DNA of 64,000 nt from the NCBI GenBank assembly GCA_017308135.1, contig JAFKFM010000014.1:65507-129506 (forward strand), read 5' to 3'. Positions 1 through 11,036 of this stretch are shown here, in pieces (the stretch's first letter is position 1; each line of letters begins with the position of its first letter). The notes below the pieces were generated by a model that searched no databases, was not told the origin of the DNA, and saw only the letters and a list, made by a program, of their open reading frames with translations. This DNA is from Alphaproteobacteria bacterium. GTDB taxonomy: Bacteria > Pseudomonadota > Alphaproteobacteria > CACIAM-22H2. Position numbers and translations under genes: made by a program.

Positions 1-1049
1 GCCTGCTGACTGGCCTTTTGTACAAGGCAGAAGATCTGTTCGCAGAGGTTCCCGTCCATTGGATGTGGTGGCCAGCAATTGGCGGCCTGTTCGTCGGATT
101 GGGAGGACTGATCGAGCCAAGGGCTCTGGGTGTCGGCTATGACATCATCAGCGACCTGCTGAGCAGCCGCACCACAGCGAATGAAGTCGTTGCGATCCTG
201 ATCGTCAAATCGGCCATCTGGCTCATTGCGCTTGCGTCCGGTACCTCCGGCGGTGTGCTGGCGCCTTTGCTGATTTTCGGCGGCTGTGCGGGATGGCTCG
301 AAGGCCAGGTGCTGCCCGGAGACACCGGCGCCTGGGCATTGGTCGGCATGGCCGCAATGATGGGTGGCACGATGCGCTCGCCGCTCACCGGCATTCTGTT
401 CGCCGCGGAACTGACAGGAAACTTCTCGTTGCTCGGTCCGTTGTTGATCGCCACGGCATCTGCTTACGCCGTGACCGTTCTGCTGCTTAAACGCTCAATT
501 CTCACCGAGAAAATCGCACGCCGCGGTCAGCATGTCGTGCGTGAATACAGCATCGACCCGTTCGAATTGCTGCGTGTCTCCGAGGTCATGGTGAAAGACG
601 TCGATACGTTGCCGGCGAGTATGCGCATCGACGAGGCCATAGCCTTCTTTTCCGGTGAGGAACGGCGGCACAAGTCCTATCCGATCCTCGACAGTGATGG
701 AGGCGTTGTCGGTCTTGTCGGCAGGTCTGACGTGCTGCAGTGGCGATCCGAGCAGCCCCATGGTGAGGAAACGTTGTTCGATCGAGCCTCGGATCGGTCG
801 CTGACCATTGGTTATCCGGATGAGCCTGTCTCTCATTTGGCAGATCGCATGGTTGCGGATGAGATCGGGCGTGTGCCGGTTCTCGACCGACAAACGTCGA
901 GGCTTGTGGGTCTCGTATCGCGCAAAGACTTGTTGCGTATCCGTGCGACTGCAAAATCGGCAGAGGCTCAGCGGGTTTCTTATCTGACACGAAGGCCGGC
1001 CGATTCAAATGTTGGCTTGGTGATTCGCAATGAGGATATCAGCACTTGA
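1..1049 (+). CDS. ClC-family voltage-gated chloride channel, C-terminal part with tandem CBS domains. 5'-partial: the reading frame is open to the window edge.
   Basis: Hydrophobic transmembrane segments (GGTMRSPLTGILFAAELTGNF) are followed by two CBS-like repeats. There is no in-frame stop between position 3 and the ORF listed at 18. Confidence 0.7.
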   Translation, partial: LLTGLLYKAEDLFAEVPVHWMWWPAIGGLFVGLGGLIEPRALGVGYDIISDLLSSRTTANEVVAILIVKSAIWLIALASGTSGGVLAPLLIFGGCAGWLEGQVLPGDTGAWALVGMAAMMGGTMRSPLTGILFAAELTGNFSLLGPLLIATASAYAVTVLLLKRSILTEKIARRGQHVVREYSIDPFELLRVSEVMVKDVDTLPASMRIDEAIAFFSGEERRHKSYPILDSDGGVVGLVGRSDVLQWRSEQPHGEETLFDRASDRSLTIGYPDEPVSHLADRMVADEIGRVPVLDRQTSRLVGLVSRKDLLRIRATAKSAEAQRVSYLTRRPADSNVGLVIRNEDIST

Positions 1050-1061
1050 ACTTGAAACTCC

Positions 1062-1089
1062 GCTTGCGGGGTCTTGTATCGCCGCAAGC
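1062..1089. terminator. GC-rich hairpin (GCTTGCGG...CCGCAAGC) followed by TCTTTCGTT, lying between convergent genes. Putative bidirectional terminator.
   Basis: 8-bp inverted repeat read directly from the sequence, 13 nt after the ClC stop and 13 nt before the MarR stop. Confidence 0.35.
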
Positions 1090-1101
1090 TCTTTCGTTCA
1101 C

Positions 1102-1638
1102 TCAGCGCGGACGGAACGGTTTCAGTATTTTCATAAGGGTCGGGCCCACGGCGCCGAGCTCCGCCGTGTGAATTTTTGACAGTTTCCGCAACCGCAGTTC
1201 GCCTTCTCTCGTGAGTTTGATCAGGGCACGTCGGGCGTCAGTGTCGTCCACGACTCTGCTTAGAAGTCCAAGCTTGGTCATCCGATCCACAAGCTCGACA
1301 GCCGTGTGGTGCTTGATAAACAGCAGTTTTGCCAGTTCCCCGATCGAAACGGGAATCTTGCTGGAGAAGCCTTTGATGGTCAGAAGCGCCTGATGCTGCT
1401 GGGGAGTCAGCCCGGCCTTGGCCGCGGCGGCGTCGCTGAATGCCAAAAATTTCCGCAGCTCAAAACGGAAGCTGGCCAATGACTCGTAATCCATGGTTTC
1501 GGCCCGGGTCCTGTTGCCGGAGAGGCTCGAAGAAGTCTGGGCTTTGCGTTTCAGCTTTGGCTTTGACGGAGGCATGTATTTTCCCGAATAGCCGATAAAC
1601 AGCCGAGGAGGCCATCGCACCGGTTCTCGGCGCGACAT
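1102..1638 (-). CDS. MarR-family transcriptional regulator
   Basis: Winged-helix region LTPQQHQALLTIKGF...IGELAKLLFIKHHTAVELVDRMTKLGLLSR is typical of MarR. Confidence 0.8.
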   Translation of the reverse strand: MSRREPVRWPPRLFIGYSGKYMPPSKPKLKRKAQTSSSLSGNRTRAETMDYESLASFRFELRKFLAFSDAAAAKAGLTPQQHQALLTIKGFSSKIPVSIGELAKLLFIKHHTAVELVDRMTKLGLLSRVVDDTDARRALIKLTREGELRLRKLSKIHTAELGAVGPTLMKILKPFRPR

Positions 1639-1733
1639 GGCTCCGATATCACCGGAATCCAGAGCCCATGACGGCTAGTCACGTATGTATATCTAAATAT
1701 AAAACCTGTACGAAACGACCTGACCGACAGGGT

Positions 1734-2285
1734 TTATTCGCAGGCAGAACTGATCAAGCTCAGAAGAATGATCTGGAATGTAAGCGGAATTTTCGTGCTT
1801 CGACGGCGTATGGATCGTTCCAGTGCCTCGGTGACTTCAATTGTCGAAAGCGCTCCTGCTGCAAATTTCTGCTCGAGATCCTTCCACATGGTCGAAAGCG
1901 ATTTGCCTGCGTGCCGGATGGGCTGAATCGTCACCCCTTGGGAAGCGGCCCATTTGACGATTTCGTCCGCGGTATGAGGGCCGCAATTGCGCGCGGTGGA
2001 AAGCCGCTTCATTGTGAGATTTTCGAGCAGCGAGTTGGTGGGAATCCATTTTCCCTTGGGGGGAATCTCTCCCGTGAGCTCCGGTGCAAGCAGCTTCAGC
2101 ACATTGAGTGCGCGACTGCTCAGCGAATTCATAGGCGCGGGAGCAGAAGATGTCGTCACACCGCCAACGCTGATCAACCGGGGTTTCTTCTCAGCGGCTT
2201 TCGCAAGTGTCACAGCACCGGATGCTGTTGTCTCCGACAATGAAGCGGATTGATGCGCGGCAGCGCGTTTAAGCTTTGTGCTCAT
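1734..2285 (-). CDS. Small basic protein with an RNA polymerase alpha-subunit CTD-like helix-hairpin-helix motif. Putative DNA-binding protein, function unknown.
   Basis: SSRALNVLK...NCGPHTADEIVKWAASQG resembles the alpha-CTD pattern SxRxxNxLK...NxGxxSxxEI. The N-terminus is lysine-rich. The ORF is open up to 2339, but the likely ATG is at 2285 (MSTKLKR). Confidence 0.5.
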   Translation of the reverse strand: MSTKLKRAAAHQSASLSETTASGAVTLAKAAEKKPRLISVGGVTTSSAPAPMNSLSSRALNVLKLLAPELTGEIPPKGKWIPTNSLLENLTMKRLSTARNCGPHTADEIVKWAASQGVTIQPIRHAGKSLSTMWKDLEQKFAAGALSTIEVTEALERSIRRRSTKIPLTFQIILLSLISSACE

Positions 2286-2592
2286 ATGCGTCCCATGGCG
2301 TCTTGAGGATTCATTGCGGCGCAATATCCTTAGATACATCGTACTATGAGCGTATCGTAATGCGATAGTTCATACGACGAAAGTGACATTGACGCCTCGT
2401 TTCTCGTGAGGCGATATGGCCGCCGCATACACAAAGCTGGTTCGCGATCGGGCGGAACAGCATCACTTGAACGAATCGCAGGAGTTTACGCCGCAGAACG
2501 ATGAGTTTTTGCGATAGCGGACTTTCGTTCCGCATTTGGCGACCGACAACGTCGCACATCACACAACAAAATATCTCGGGAGGATAAACGTG

Positions 2593-3939
2593 ATGAAGAA
2601 AGATATTCAGGGTTTTGCGGTTTCGCGCCGCGCATTGTTGCAGACCGCTGCAGGATTGGCCGGTGGTGCGATCCTGCCAGCAGGAATGGTGGTTCCTGCG
2701 CTCGCCGAAGATCACCCGGCGCTTGGAACCTATCCTGCCGGATCGTCGGGATCGTCGGTTTTTGTTGGCATTTCCGTTCCACGCACCGGCACTTATGCCG
2801 CGCAGGGCGAGGATTTGATCAAAGGCTATGAGCTCGCGATCGATCATCTCAATGCTGGCCATGAGTTGATGACCAAGATTTCGCCCAACATCAAGAAGGG
2901 CGTGCTCGGCAAGCAGGTCAAGCATGGCATCGCGGACAGCGAAGCCAAGCCAAATACTGCGGTGCAAAACTTCTCCAAGTTCATCAGTCAGGACAAGGCG
3001 GTTGTGATTACCGGATCGGTATCGAGCGCCGAAGCGGTTGCGATGAACAAGACCGCGGATCGCGAGAAGGTCATCTATCTGCCCGGCATCTCGGGCTCCA
3101 ACGATACCACGGGCAAGGACTGCGTGCGCTATTCCTTCCGCGAATGCTTTTACGCGGAAACAGCTGCCCGGGCGATCGTGCCGGTGCTGATCAAGAATCT
3201 CGGCAAGAACAAGAAGGTCGCGTTCCTGACGCCGGATTACACCTATGGTCATACGGTGCGTGAATCGGTCGAAAATCACATGAAAGAGGGTGGCTGGACG
3301 ACGGTAACCAACCAGATCTCGCCGCTCGGCACGACGGACTTCTCATCCTATCTGCTGAACGTCGCCAACAGCGGCGCCGATGTCGTCGTTAATATCAATT
3401 TCGGCCGCGACGCCGTGCTGTCGACAAAGCAGGCGCAGCAATTCGGCATTCTCAGCAAGATGACACTCACCTTGCCGTACAACACACCGTTCCTTGCCAA
3501 GGAAGTCGGTGCGGAAAACATGCAGGGTGTGATTGCTGCCACCGATTACTGGTGGACGATGGAAGACAAGTATCCGCTCGCAAAACTGTTTAACGAGGCC
3601 TTCCGCGCGAAGCACAAGAGCAATCCGGAATGGGGTGCATGCTGCGGCTATCTGCAGCTTGCGATGTGGGCGGATGCGGTCGAGCGCGCCAAATCGTTCT
3701 ATCCGCCGGATGTGATCAAGGCTTACGAGGCCGGCGCGAAGGTTCAGTCGATGGTCGGCGAAGTTCAGTTCCGCGCAGCCGATCATCAGCTGATCCGGCC
3801 GGTGGTCATTACACGCGGCAAGAAGCCGGGCAGCATGAAGAATCCGGAAGATTTCTACGAAGTGCTCGACATCGTGGAAGGCGGGCCGTTGATGCAGGCA
3901 CCCGATGCTTTCGGTTGCAAGCTCGGCAGTTACACCTGA
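2593..3939 (+). CDS. ABC transporter substrate-binding protein, LivK/Leu-Ile-Val-binding family, with twin-arginine-type signal peptide
   Basis: SRRALLQTAAGLAGGAILPA signal peptide. Periplasmic binding protein type-I fold motifs. GGGAGG RBS precedes the ATG at 2593. Confidence 0.85.
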   Translation: MKKDIQGFAVSRRALLQTAAGLAGGAILPAGMVVPALAEDHPALGTYPAGSSGSSVFVGISVPRTGTYAAQGEDLIKGYELAIDHLNAGHELMTKISPNIKKGVLGKQVKHGIADSEAKPNTAVQNFSKFISQDKAVVITGSVSSAEAVAMNKTADREKVIYLPGISGSNDTTGKDCVRYSFRECFYAETAARAIVPVLIKNLGKNKKVAFLTPDYTYGHTVRESVENHMKEGGWTTVTNQISPLGTTDFSSYLLNVANSGADVVVNINFGRDAVLSTKQAQQFGILSKMTLTLPYNTPFLAKEVGAENMQGVIAATDYWWTMEDKYPLAKLFNEAFRAKHKSNPEWGACCGYLQLAMWADAVERAKSFYPPDVIKAYEAGAKVQSMVGEVQFRAADHQLIRPVVITRGKKPGSMKNPEDFYEVLDIVEGGPLMQAPDAFGCKLGSYT

Positions 3940-3979
3940 TCTCGCGTCATCATTCTGCTTTCCGTGCGCGAGGCTTCTG

Positions 3980-4855
3980 GTGGTCAACTGGGCTAATCTT
4001 GTTTCACAGATGTTCAACGGCCTGGTGCTGGGGGCGCTTCTGGCGCTCATCAGCTCCGGCCTGACCATCATTTACGGCACGCTGGGCGTGCTCAACCTCG
4101 CGCACGGAGCGATGTTCATGGTCGGCGGCTACGCCGGCTATGTCGGCTATAGCTACACCGAATCCTTCGTCGCCGCTGTGCTCTGCGGTTCGCTGTTCGT
4201 ATTGCTGGCTGGCGTCGTTATGGAGCGGGTTATCATCCGCCATTTCTACAGCCGCCCGGACGAAGACCAGATCCTGGTGACGTTCGGTCTCGGCATTTGT
4301 TTCGTGGAAATCATCCGCTTCTTCTTTGGAAGCCTGTCGCGCTCCATGCCTTCGCCGCCATGGGCGTCTGGCATCACGTCGCTTGGTTTCATGTTTTATC
4401 CGACCTATCGCCTCGCGGTGGTGGGCATCGTCGCGGTGGCGCTTCTGGCGCTGTATCTCGTTCTCTACCGCACGAGGCTTGGAATGATTGTTCGTGCGGG
4501 CATCGAAGACTCGGTCATGGTCGATTCTCTGGGCATCAATGTGTACCGGATTTTTATGATCGTCTTCGGCATCGGGGCGATGGCGGCCGGCTTTGCCGGC
4601 ATCGTAAACCTGCCTGTAGCTCCCATTACGCCGGATATTGGTGACGCCATTCTGGTGCAGACGTTTGTGGTCATCGTGATCGGTGGCGTCGGATCGTTCC
4701 CCGGTGCCGTGCTGGGAGGCCTGATCGCAGGCGAAATTCTCAGCATCACCTCGATGATCAACCCCGGCTATTCCTACGCAATGCTGTTCATCGTGATGAC
4801 GATCGTGCTGGTTGCGCGGCCGCACGGGTTACTTGGATCGCAAGGGCGGAACTGA
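3980..4855 (+). CDS. Branched-chain amino acid-type ABC transporter permease (LivH-like)
   Basis: The SQMFNGLVLG N-terminus parallels the LivH QQMFNG motif. Multiple transmembrane segments. A GTG start at 3980 is proposed; the ATG at 4010 is an alternative. Confidence 0.75.
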   Translation: MVNWANLVSQMFNGLVLGALLALISSGLTIIYGTLGVLNLAHGAMFMVGGYAGYVGYSYTESFVAAVLCGSLFVLLAGVVMERVIIRHFYSRPDEDQILVTFGLGICFVEIIRFFFGSLSRSMPSPPWASGITSLGFMFYPTYRLAVVGIVAVALLALYLVLYRTRLGMIVRAGIEDSVMVDSLGINVYRIFMIVFGIGAMAAGFAGIVNLPVAPITPDIGDAILVQTFVVIVIGGVGSFPGAVLGGLIAGEILSITSMINPGYSYAMLFIVMTIVLVARPHGLLGSQGRN

Positions 4856-6765
4856 ATGATGTCAACACCGTCCTCAAAGCCTGGTTCGTCCGGGCCATCA
4901 ATCTGGGTGCGCATGCGCTGGCTCCCCGACGTCATCACCCTGGCTGTTCTTGTCGCCGCACCATTCATTCTGCCGCGCTTCGGCTTCGTGCCGGATACCA
5001 TGAGCCGTATTCTGGTGCTCGGTCTGTTCGGTATCGGGTTCGATCTGTTGTTTGGCTACACCGGCCTGCTGTCGTTCGGACAGTCGGCGTTTTTTGGTAC
5101 GGGCGGTTTTGTCGCTGCATACTTGCTGACGCGCATGGGCTTCCCGAGCGTTGTGGCCGCTCTCGTGATCGGAATGCTGGTTGCGGCGGTCGTCGGCTAT
5201 ATTGTCGGTCTGATCGCGTTGCGCCGTACCGGAATTTACTTTGCGATGATCACGGTTGCGATCGCCGAGGTGTTCTTCTTCGTCGAGAACTCGCCGTTGG
5301 CGGCGTTCACCGGCGGTGAAAACGGCCTTCCGGGTGTGCCGGCCCCCATCTTCAATTTTGGATTTAAGAGTATCGCTATTGGCAGCGGTTGGACCATGTA
5401 TGGTTTTCTGGCCGCATGTTACCTGATTGGGATCGTCATCGCGCGGCGTATCGTGCATTCGCCCGTCGGGCACATTCTCGTGGCGATCCGCGATAATCCG
5501 CTGCGGGCCGCTGCCCTTGGTCACAACGTTCATGGCTATAAGCTGCTCGTCTTCGTGATTGCTGCGGCCTATGCGGGATTGGCCGGGGGTCTGCTCGGCG
5601 TCATGCAGGGCTATATGCCGCCGGATGCCTTCACGTTCGACACGTCCGGTCAGCTCGTGATGCAGACGGTGATCGGCGGCCTCGGCACATTGTTCGGCCC
5701 GCTGGTGGGCGCCGCGGTCTGGCTTTATCTTCGAGACTTCCTGCAGGACACGGTCGGTCTTGGCGCCTCGTGGAAATTGGCGCTCGGTGTTATTTTCGTG
5801 CTGCTCGTCTGCTTCCTGCGCCGCGGCATTATCGGCGGTCTCAAGGATCTCATCGATCTTTCTTTCGGGCGGAAGACAGTCGTCGCTGAACCGGATGAGG
5901 CCGCTTCTGGTTTGACGGCAGAGCAGGAGCAGAAGGCCGCTAAAGCGGAAGTCATTGCGGAGGCGGCCGTAGCTCCGATGCCGCCCCGGCATCGTGCACT
6001 GGATGGCTATAGCGGCCCTATTTTGCAGGCGACCGGGATTAGCAAGCGCTATGGCGGGCTGATGGCGAACAGCGATATCGATTTCACTGTTCAGCACGGG
6101 GAGTTACGTGGCGTGATCGGCCCGAACGGCGCTGGGAAGTCGACCTTCTTCAAGATGCTGACATGCGAGATTCCGCCCACATCCGGCAAGATCATCTTTG
6201 AAGGCCACGACATTACCGGCAAGAACGTCACCGATGTTTGCCAGCTCGGTCTGACCAAGAGTTATCAGGTCAACCAGCTTTTCTCCCGCCTGACTGTGCG
6301 TGAGAATGTAACGATTGCGGTGCTTGCTGAGCTACGTGGGAAATTCCGGCTGGATGTGTTGCGCAACGCCGAGACCTTTCCGGGCGTCAGCGATCAGGTG
6401 AATCACACCCTGGCGATGGTTAATCTGACGGCGCGGGCGGATGCTCTGGTTTCCTCACTGGCTTATGGCGAGAAGAGGCGGCTTGAAATCGGTCTGGCGC
6501 TGGCGAATTCGCCAAGCCTGCTGTTGCTTGATGAGCCTCTCGCAGGCATGAGTCCGCGCGAGCGGATCGAGACGGTCAAGCTTCTGAAATCCATCAGTCA
6601 GGGACGGACCATGATCATTATCGATCATGACATGGATGCACTGTTCGAACTGGCTGGCCGTATTACGGTTTTGCAGGAAGGTCGCGTGCTGGTCGAAGGC
6701 ACACCGGAGGAAATCAAGAGCAATCCCAAGGTGCAGGAAGCCTATCTCGGTGGAGTGCTCGAATC

Positions 6766-6769
<4 letters not shown>
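4856..6769 (+). CDS. Fused LivM-like permease and LivG-like ATP-binding protein (637 aa)
   Basis: The N-terminal ~330 aa form a polytopic membrane domain. A low-complexity linker (AEPDEAASGLTAEQEQKAAKAE) follows. The C-terminal part carries Walker A (GPNGAGKST), the ABC signature and Walker B. The start is coupled to the upstream stop (TGAATG). Confidence 0.8.
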
Positions 6770-7464
<695 letters not shown>

Positions 7465-7480
7465 CGGTTTTGATGGAGAG

Positions 7481-7496
7481 CAGGGAAAGATCCCTG
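7481..7496. terminator. Short hairpin CAGGGAaagaTCCCTG between convergent genes
   Basis: 6-bp inverted repeat 17 nt after the LivF-like stop. No U-tract follows. Confidence 0.25.
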
Positions 7497-7506
7497 CGGC
7501 ATCATT

Positions 7507-7932
7507 CTAGTCAGCCAGTGCCGCAATGAGCGTGGCGGCATGCTGCTCCAGCACGCCGGGATCTGCCTTCACGGTCTGGGCCGGAAGAAGCTCAATTCCT
7601 TCCTTCATCGGCATGATGTGCATGTGAAGGTGAAGGACCACCTGGCCGCTGGCCGGCTCGCTGAACTGTTGAATGATGACGCCGTCCGCGCCGAAAGCTT
7701 TCACGGCGGCAACAGCGATTTTCTTTGTGGTGCGGGCCACCTCGGTGAAATCATCGACCGAAATATCCAGAAGGCCACGAACAGGGGCTTTGGGGATCAC
7801 AAGCGTATGTCCGGGTGACCGGGGCATGATGTCCAGAAACGCGAAAGTATGGTCGTTCTCGTAAACTTTGTAGGATGGGATCTCGCCACGAAGAACCTTG
7901 GCAAAGACGTTTTGCGTATCGTAGGCGGTCAT
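7507..7932 (-). CDS. HIT (histidine triad) family hydrolase
   Basis: HxHxHxx motif (HLHMHIMP) and the HTLVIPK motif. Confidence 0.85.
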   Translation of the reverse strand: MTAYDTQNVFAKVLRGEIPSYKVYENDHTFAFLDIMPRSPGHTLVIPKAPVRGLLDISVDDFTEVARTTKKIAVAAVKAFGADGVIIQQFSEPASGQVVLHLHMHIMPMKEGIELLPAQTVKADPGVLEQHAATLIAALAD

Positions 7933-8105
7933 CGTGGTCCTATCCGTAAAGAGCGTGTCCCGCTGAAGGAGGTGGTTTCATCAATCATCACACAGAACAT
8001 CACAATTCGTCCACTCAAGTCTTTCTGTGAGCTGTGCCGTATTATGACCGATGTGTTGTTCGCTGGATGACGCAAACAACGATGAAAGATATCTGACTTA
8101 ATTGA

Positions 8106-9008
8106 TCAGAATTTGGCGGCGCGTGTTCGTTTTGGTCGCTGGCTTTCGCGGGGGCTTATGCTCTGTTGACTGGCGATGCGGTGGATGATCGTGAGAGCGT
8201 TGTCGATTACCCTGTCATCGCGATCGATCGGAAATACGACATAGGCCGGCATAAAGAATTCGGGCGCTCCCGCGACGATATGAAGTTCCTTGGCCGCGAT
8301 ATGATTTGCAACGATGCGTGCCGGGAAATAGCCGGATCCTCCGTTCTTGATGATGTGTTGCATTCCAAGCCAGCCGACATTGGCGCTCAGCGCGGAGCCG
8401 CCGAAGCTTGGGAAGCTGGCGCTGTGACGTGCATAGAATTCCGGTCCCCAGTCGACATAGACGTAGCCGGCTTGCGGTGTGGGCGGGCTGCTCGGCTCCG
8501 TTGAGACCATCACCAGGCGGTCCTCGAAGAGTTGTTGTATCTGCAGGCCCGGGCGGATTTGCGGAGTATACATTACGCCGATATCCAGCCGCCCCTCGAT
8601 CAGTCCCTGCATGATCTCAGGCTCGAGACCGCTTTCGATGCGGATGGAGATGGTGGGGTTGCTCCGGTGCATATCAGGCAGCCATCGCAGCAGGAATTCT
8701 TCCCACAGTCCGATGCGCCCGCCGATCGTGAGCGTTCCAGTGAAGCCAGCCGGCAGTCCGATGTCGTGTCGTGCGAGTTCAAGAGTGCGAACGAGAGTAG
8801 AGGCATGGCGTTGAAACTGACGTCCTGCCTGAGTCAGCATGGTGCCAGCCTTGTTGCGGACGAACAGGGTGCATCCCAGTTGCTCTTCGAGAGATTGGAT
8901 TCGAGCGCTGACCGTGGATTGGCTGACATGGAGCTGTTCTGCGGCGCTGACGAAGTTTCCGGATGCGACAACAGTCAGAAACGTGCGCGCTAGTTCGGTG
9001 TCCATCAC
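8106..9008 (-). CDS. LysR-family transcriptional regulator
   Basis: N-terminal HTH: FVSAAEQLHVSQSTVSARIQSLEEQLGCTLF. LysR substrate-binding domain follows. Confidence 0.85.
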   Translation of the reverse strand: MMDTELARTFLTVVASGNFVSAAEQLHVSQSTVSARIQSLEEQLGCTLFVRNKAGTMLTQAGRQFQRHASTLVRTLELARHDIGLPAGFTGTLTIGGRIGLWEEFLLRWLPDMHRSNPTISIRIESGLEPEIMQGLIEGRLDIGVMYTPQIRPGLQIQQLFEDRLVMVSTEPSSPPTPQAGYVYVDWGPEFYARHSASFPSFGGSALSANVGWLGMQHIIKNGGSGYFPARIVANHIAAKELHIVAGAPEFFMPAYVVFPIDRDDRVIDNALTIIHRIASQQSISPRESQRPKRTRAAKF

Positions 9009-9126
9009 GTGGCTCCAATAATATCGGATATATGAATATCAGTGCTTATACTATCGGCGTACCAAATTCATTTTGATGCATTTCGAGATAAATAAGCACG
9101 TAATATCAATATTGTAGCCGATAAAT

Positions 9127-9139
9127 TCGATATAATCGA
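9127..9139. promoter_or_regulatory. T-N11-A LysR-type box (TCGATATAATCGA) in an AT-rich 500-bp divergent intergenic region
   Basis: Dyad ATCGAT-ata-ATCGAT read from the sequence. It lies between the LysR gene (-) and the MFS gene (+). Confidence 0.3.
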
Positions 9140-9507
9140 TTTATGTCGCCAATATTTCTCGTTTGTCAAAACTATTCACCTCCCTCCATCTTTTAAATCG
9201 TTCTGATCGATATCCGGATTCTCTGAAGCGGCTTCACATGATGATGCCGCGTCGGAAGAAACGGATGCTGGTCGGTACCCAAGCAATAACGCGTGCCGCT
9301 CCATGCTTCGGGAAGCAGGCATGTAACGGGAGGGACCGCTTTGCACGCCTTTACGGACATGTCGCGTCGTGTGGCGAATGGGCTTCGGACTGAGCCATGA
9401 GCGGTCCAGCCAACAAACTGCAGTGAACTGATCGCCGGAAATAAACGTGAAGGTTACGCGGACCAACAACCGCGCAAACGGGCAATGACCCATCGGGAGG
9501 AGACATA

Positions 9508-10944
9508 ATGGCTGTGATGATGGATACCTCGGAGACCTACGCCAAGGCGTGGATTCCATTTCTCGACAGGGAAAGGACGGTTGCAAAGCCGGGCTATAGC
9601 CGCTGGATGATTCCGCCTGCGGCGCTCTGCGTGCATCTGTGCATCGGTCAGGCCTACGCGTTCAGCGTGTTCAACCTGCCCATGACCAAATTGCTTGGCA
9701 TCACTCAGTCCGCACCGGAAGACTGGAAGCTGACCGAGCTCGGATGGATATTCTCCATTGCGATGCTGTTCCTTGGAATTTCGTCCGCAGTGTTTGGGCG
9801 CTGGGTCGAAGAGGGGGGACCGCGCAAGGCGATGTTTACCGCCGCCATCTGCTGGGCGAGCGGCTTCCTGATTTCCGCACTTGGCATCAAGACCCATACG
9901 CTGTGGCTGATCTATCTCGGCTATGGGGTGATTGGCGGTTGCGCGCTCGGGATTGGTTACATCTCACCGGTATCGACACTGATGAAGTGGTTCCCCGATC
10001 GTCCCGGAATGGCGACGGGCATGGCGATCATGGGCTTCGGCGGTGGCGCACTGATCGCGTCGCCGCTGTCGGTCTGGCTGATGAGCAAATTCCAGACAGC
10101 GACGGATGTCGGCGTGTTCAACACGTTCATCGTGCTTGGCTGTGTCTATTTCTGCTTCATGATGTTCGGCGCGGCGATCGTTCGTGTTCCTGCTCCCGGC
10201 TGGAAGCCAAAGGGCTACACGCCGTCCGCAGACACCGGCAAGAAGATGGTCACGAAGAACGACGTATTCGTGTACGACGCCGTCAAGACTCCGCAGTTCT
10301 GGCTTGTCTGGACTGTTCTGTTCGTCAATACGACGGCCGGTATCGGCGTGCTAGGTCAGGCTTCCGCCATGAGCCAGGAAATGTTCCCGGGTCACATCAC
10401 CGCAATCGCTGCGGCGGGTCTCGTCGGCTTGATGAGTCTGTTCAACATGGGCGGCCGGTTCTCATGGGCCTCGCTGTCCGACTATATCGGACGCAAAAAT
10501 ACGTACTTCGTGTATATGTGCCTCGGCTTTGTGATGTACATCACGGTGCCTTACGCGGGTGGCAGCGGAAATGTCGTGCTGTTCGTGTGCTGCTTCTTGA
10601 TCATCGTCTCGATGTACGGCGGTGGCTTCTCCACCGTGCCCGCGTATCTGCGCGATCTTTTCGGCACACGTTACGTCGGCGCTATCCACGGCATCCTGCT
10701 GACAGCGTGGTCAGCGGCGGGTGTCGCCGGTCCCGTGCTGATCAATTACATCCGTGAATACAACGTGACGCACGGCGTACCGAAGGCGCAGGCCTATAAC
10801 ACCACCATGTACATCATGGCCGGTCTATTCATTGTCGGATTCATCTGCAATTTGGCGATCCGCGCAGTGGATTCGAAGTGGCACATGAAAAAGCCGGGCG
10901 AAGTCGATGCGGGTGCAGCCGATGCTGTGCCCAGCCGCGCTTGA
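9508..10944 (+). CDS. MFS transporter, oxalate/formate antiporter (OFA) family
   Basis: 12 predicted transmembrane segments. OFA-type N-terminal motif (GQAYAFSVFNLPM). Confidence 0.8.
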   Translation: MAVMMDTSETYAKAWIPFLDRERTVAKPGYSRWMIPPAALCVHLCIGQAYAFSVFNLPMTKLLGITQSAPEDWKLTELGWIFSIAMLFLGISSAVFGRWVEEGGPRKAMFTAAICWASGFLISALGIKTHTLWLIYLGYGVIGGCALGIGYISPVSTLMKWFPDRPGMATGMAIMGFGGGALIASPLSVWLMSKFQTATDVGVFNTFIVLGCVYFCFMMFGAAIVRVPAPGWKPKGYTPSADTGKKMVTKNDVFVYDAVKTPQFWLVWTVLFVNTTAGIGVLGQASAMSQEMFPGHITAIAAAGLVGLMSLFNMGGRFSWASLSDYIGRKNTYFVYMCLGFVMYITVPYAGGSGNVVLFVCCFLIIVSMYGGGFSTVPAYLRDLFGTRYVGAIHGILLTAWSAAGVAGPVLINYIREYNVTHGVPKAQAYNTTMYIMAGLFIVGFICNLAIRAVDSKWHMKKPGEVDAGAADAVPSRA

Positions 10945-11036
10945 AACGTGATGTCCATGTCGAGGCCGATTGCGTTGGGCCTCGGCATGGACCATCAATT
11001 GAAATCAAAAACTTGCTCGAGCAAGAGGAGTGATAA

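Noticed and set aside
2344-3279. 311-aa minus-strand ORF overlapping the binding-protein gene at 2593-3939
   Set aside because: Antisense to a well-supported binding-protein gene. Arg-rich composition typical of spurious ORFs in high-GC DNA. No recognisable domain.
4004-6097. Long minus-strand ORFs (4004-4825 and 4898-6097) antisense to the LivH-like and LivM-LivG genes
   Set aside because: Extremely Arg/His/Asp-rich low-complexity translations. GC-driven stop-codon depletion.
9639-10757. 372-aa plus-strand ORF in an alternative frame of the MFS transporter gene
   Set aside because: Arg-rich nonsense translation. The MFS frame shows 12 clear transmembrane segments and the OFA motif.
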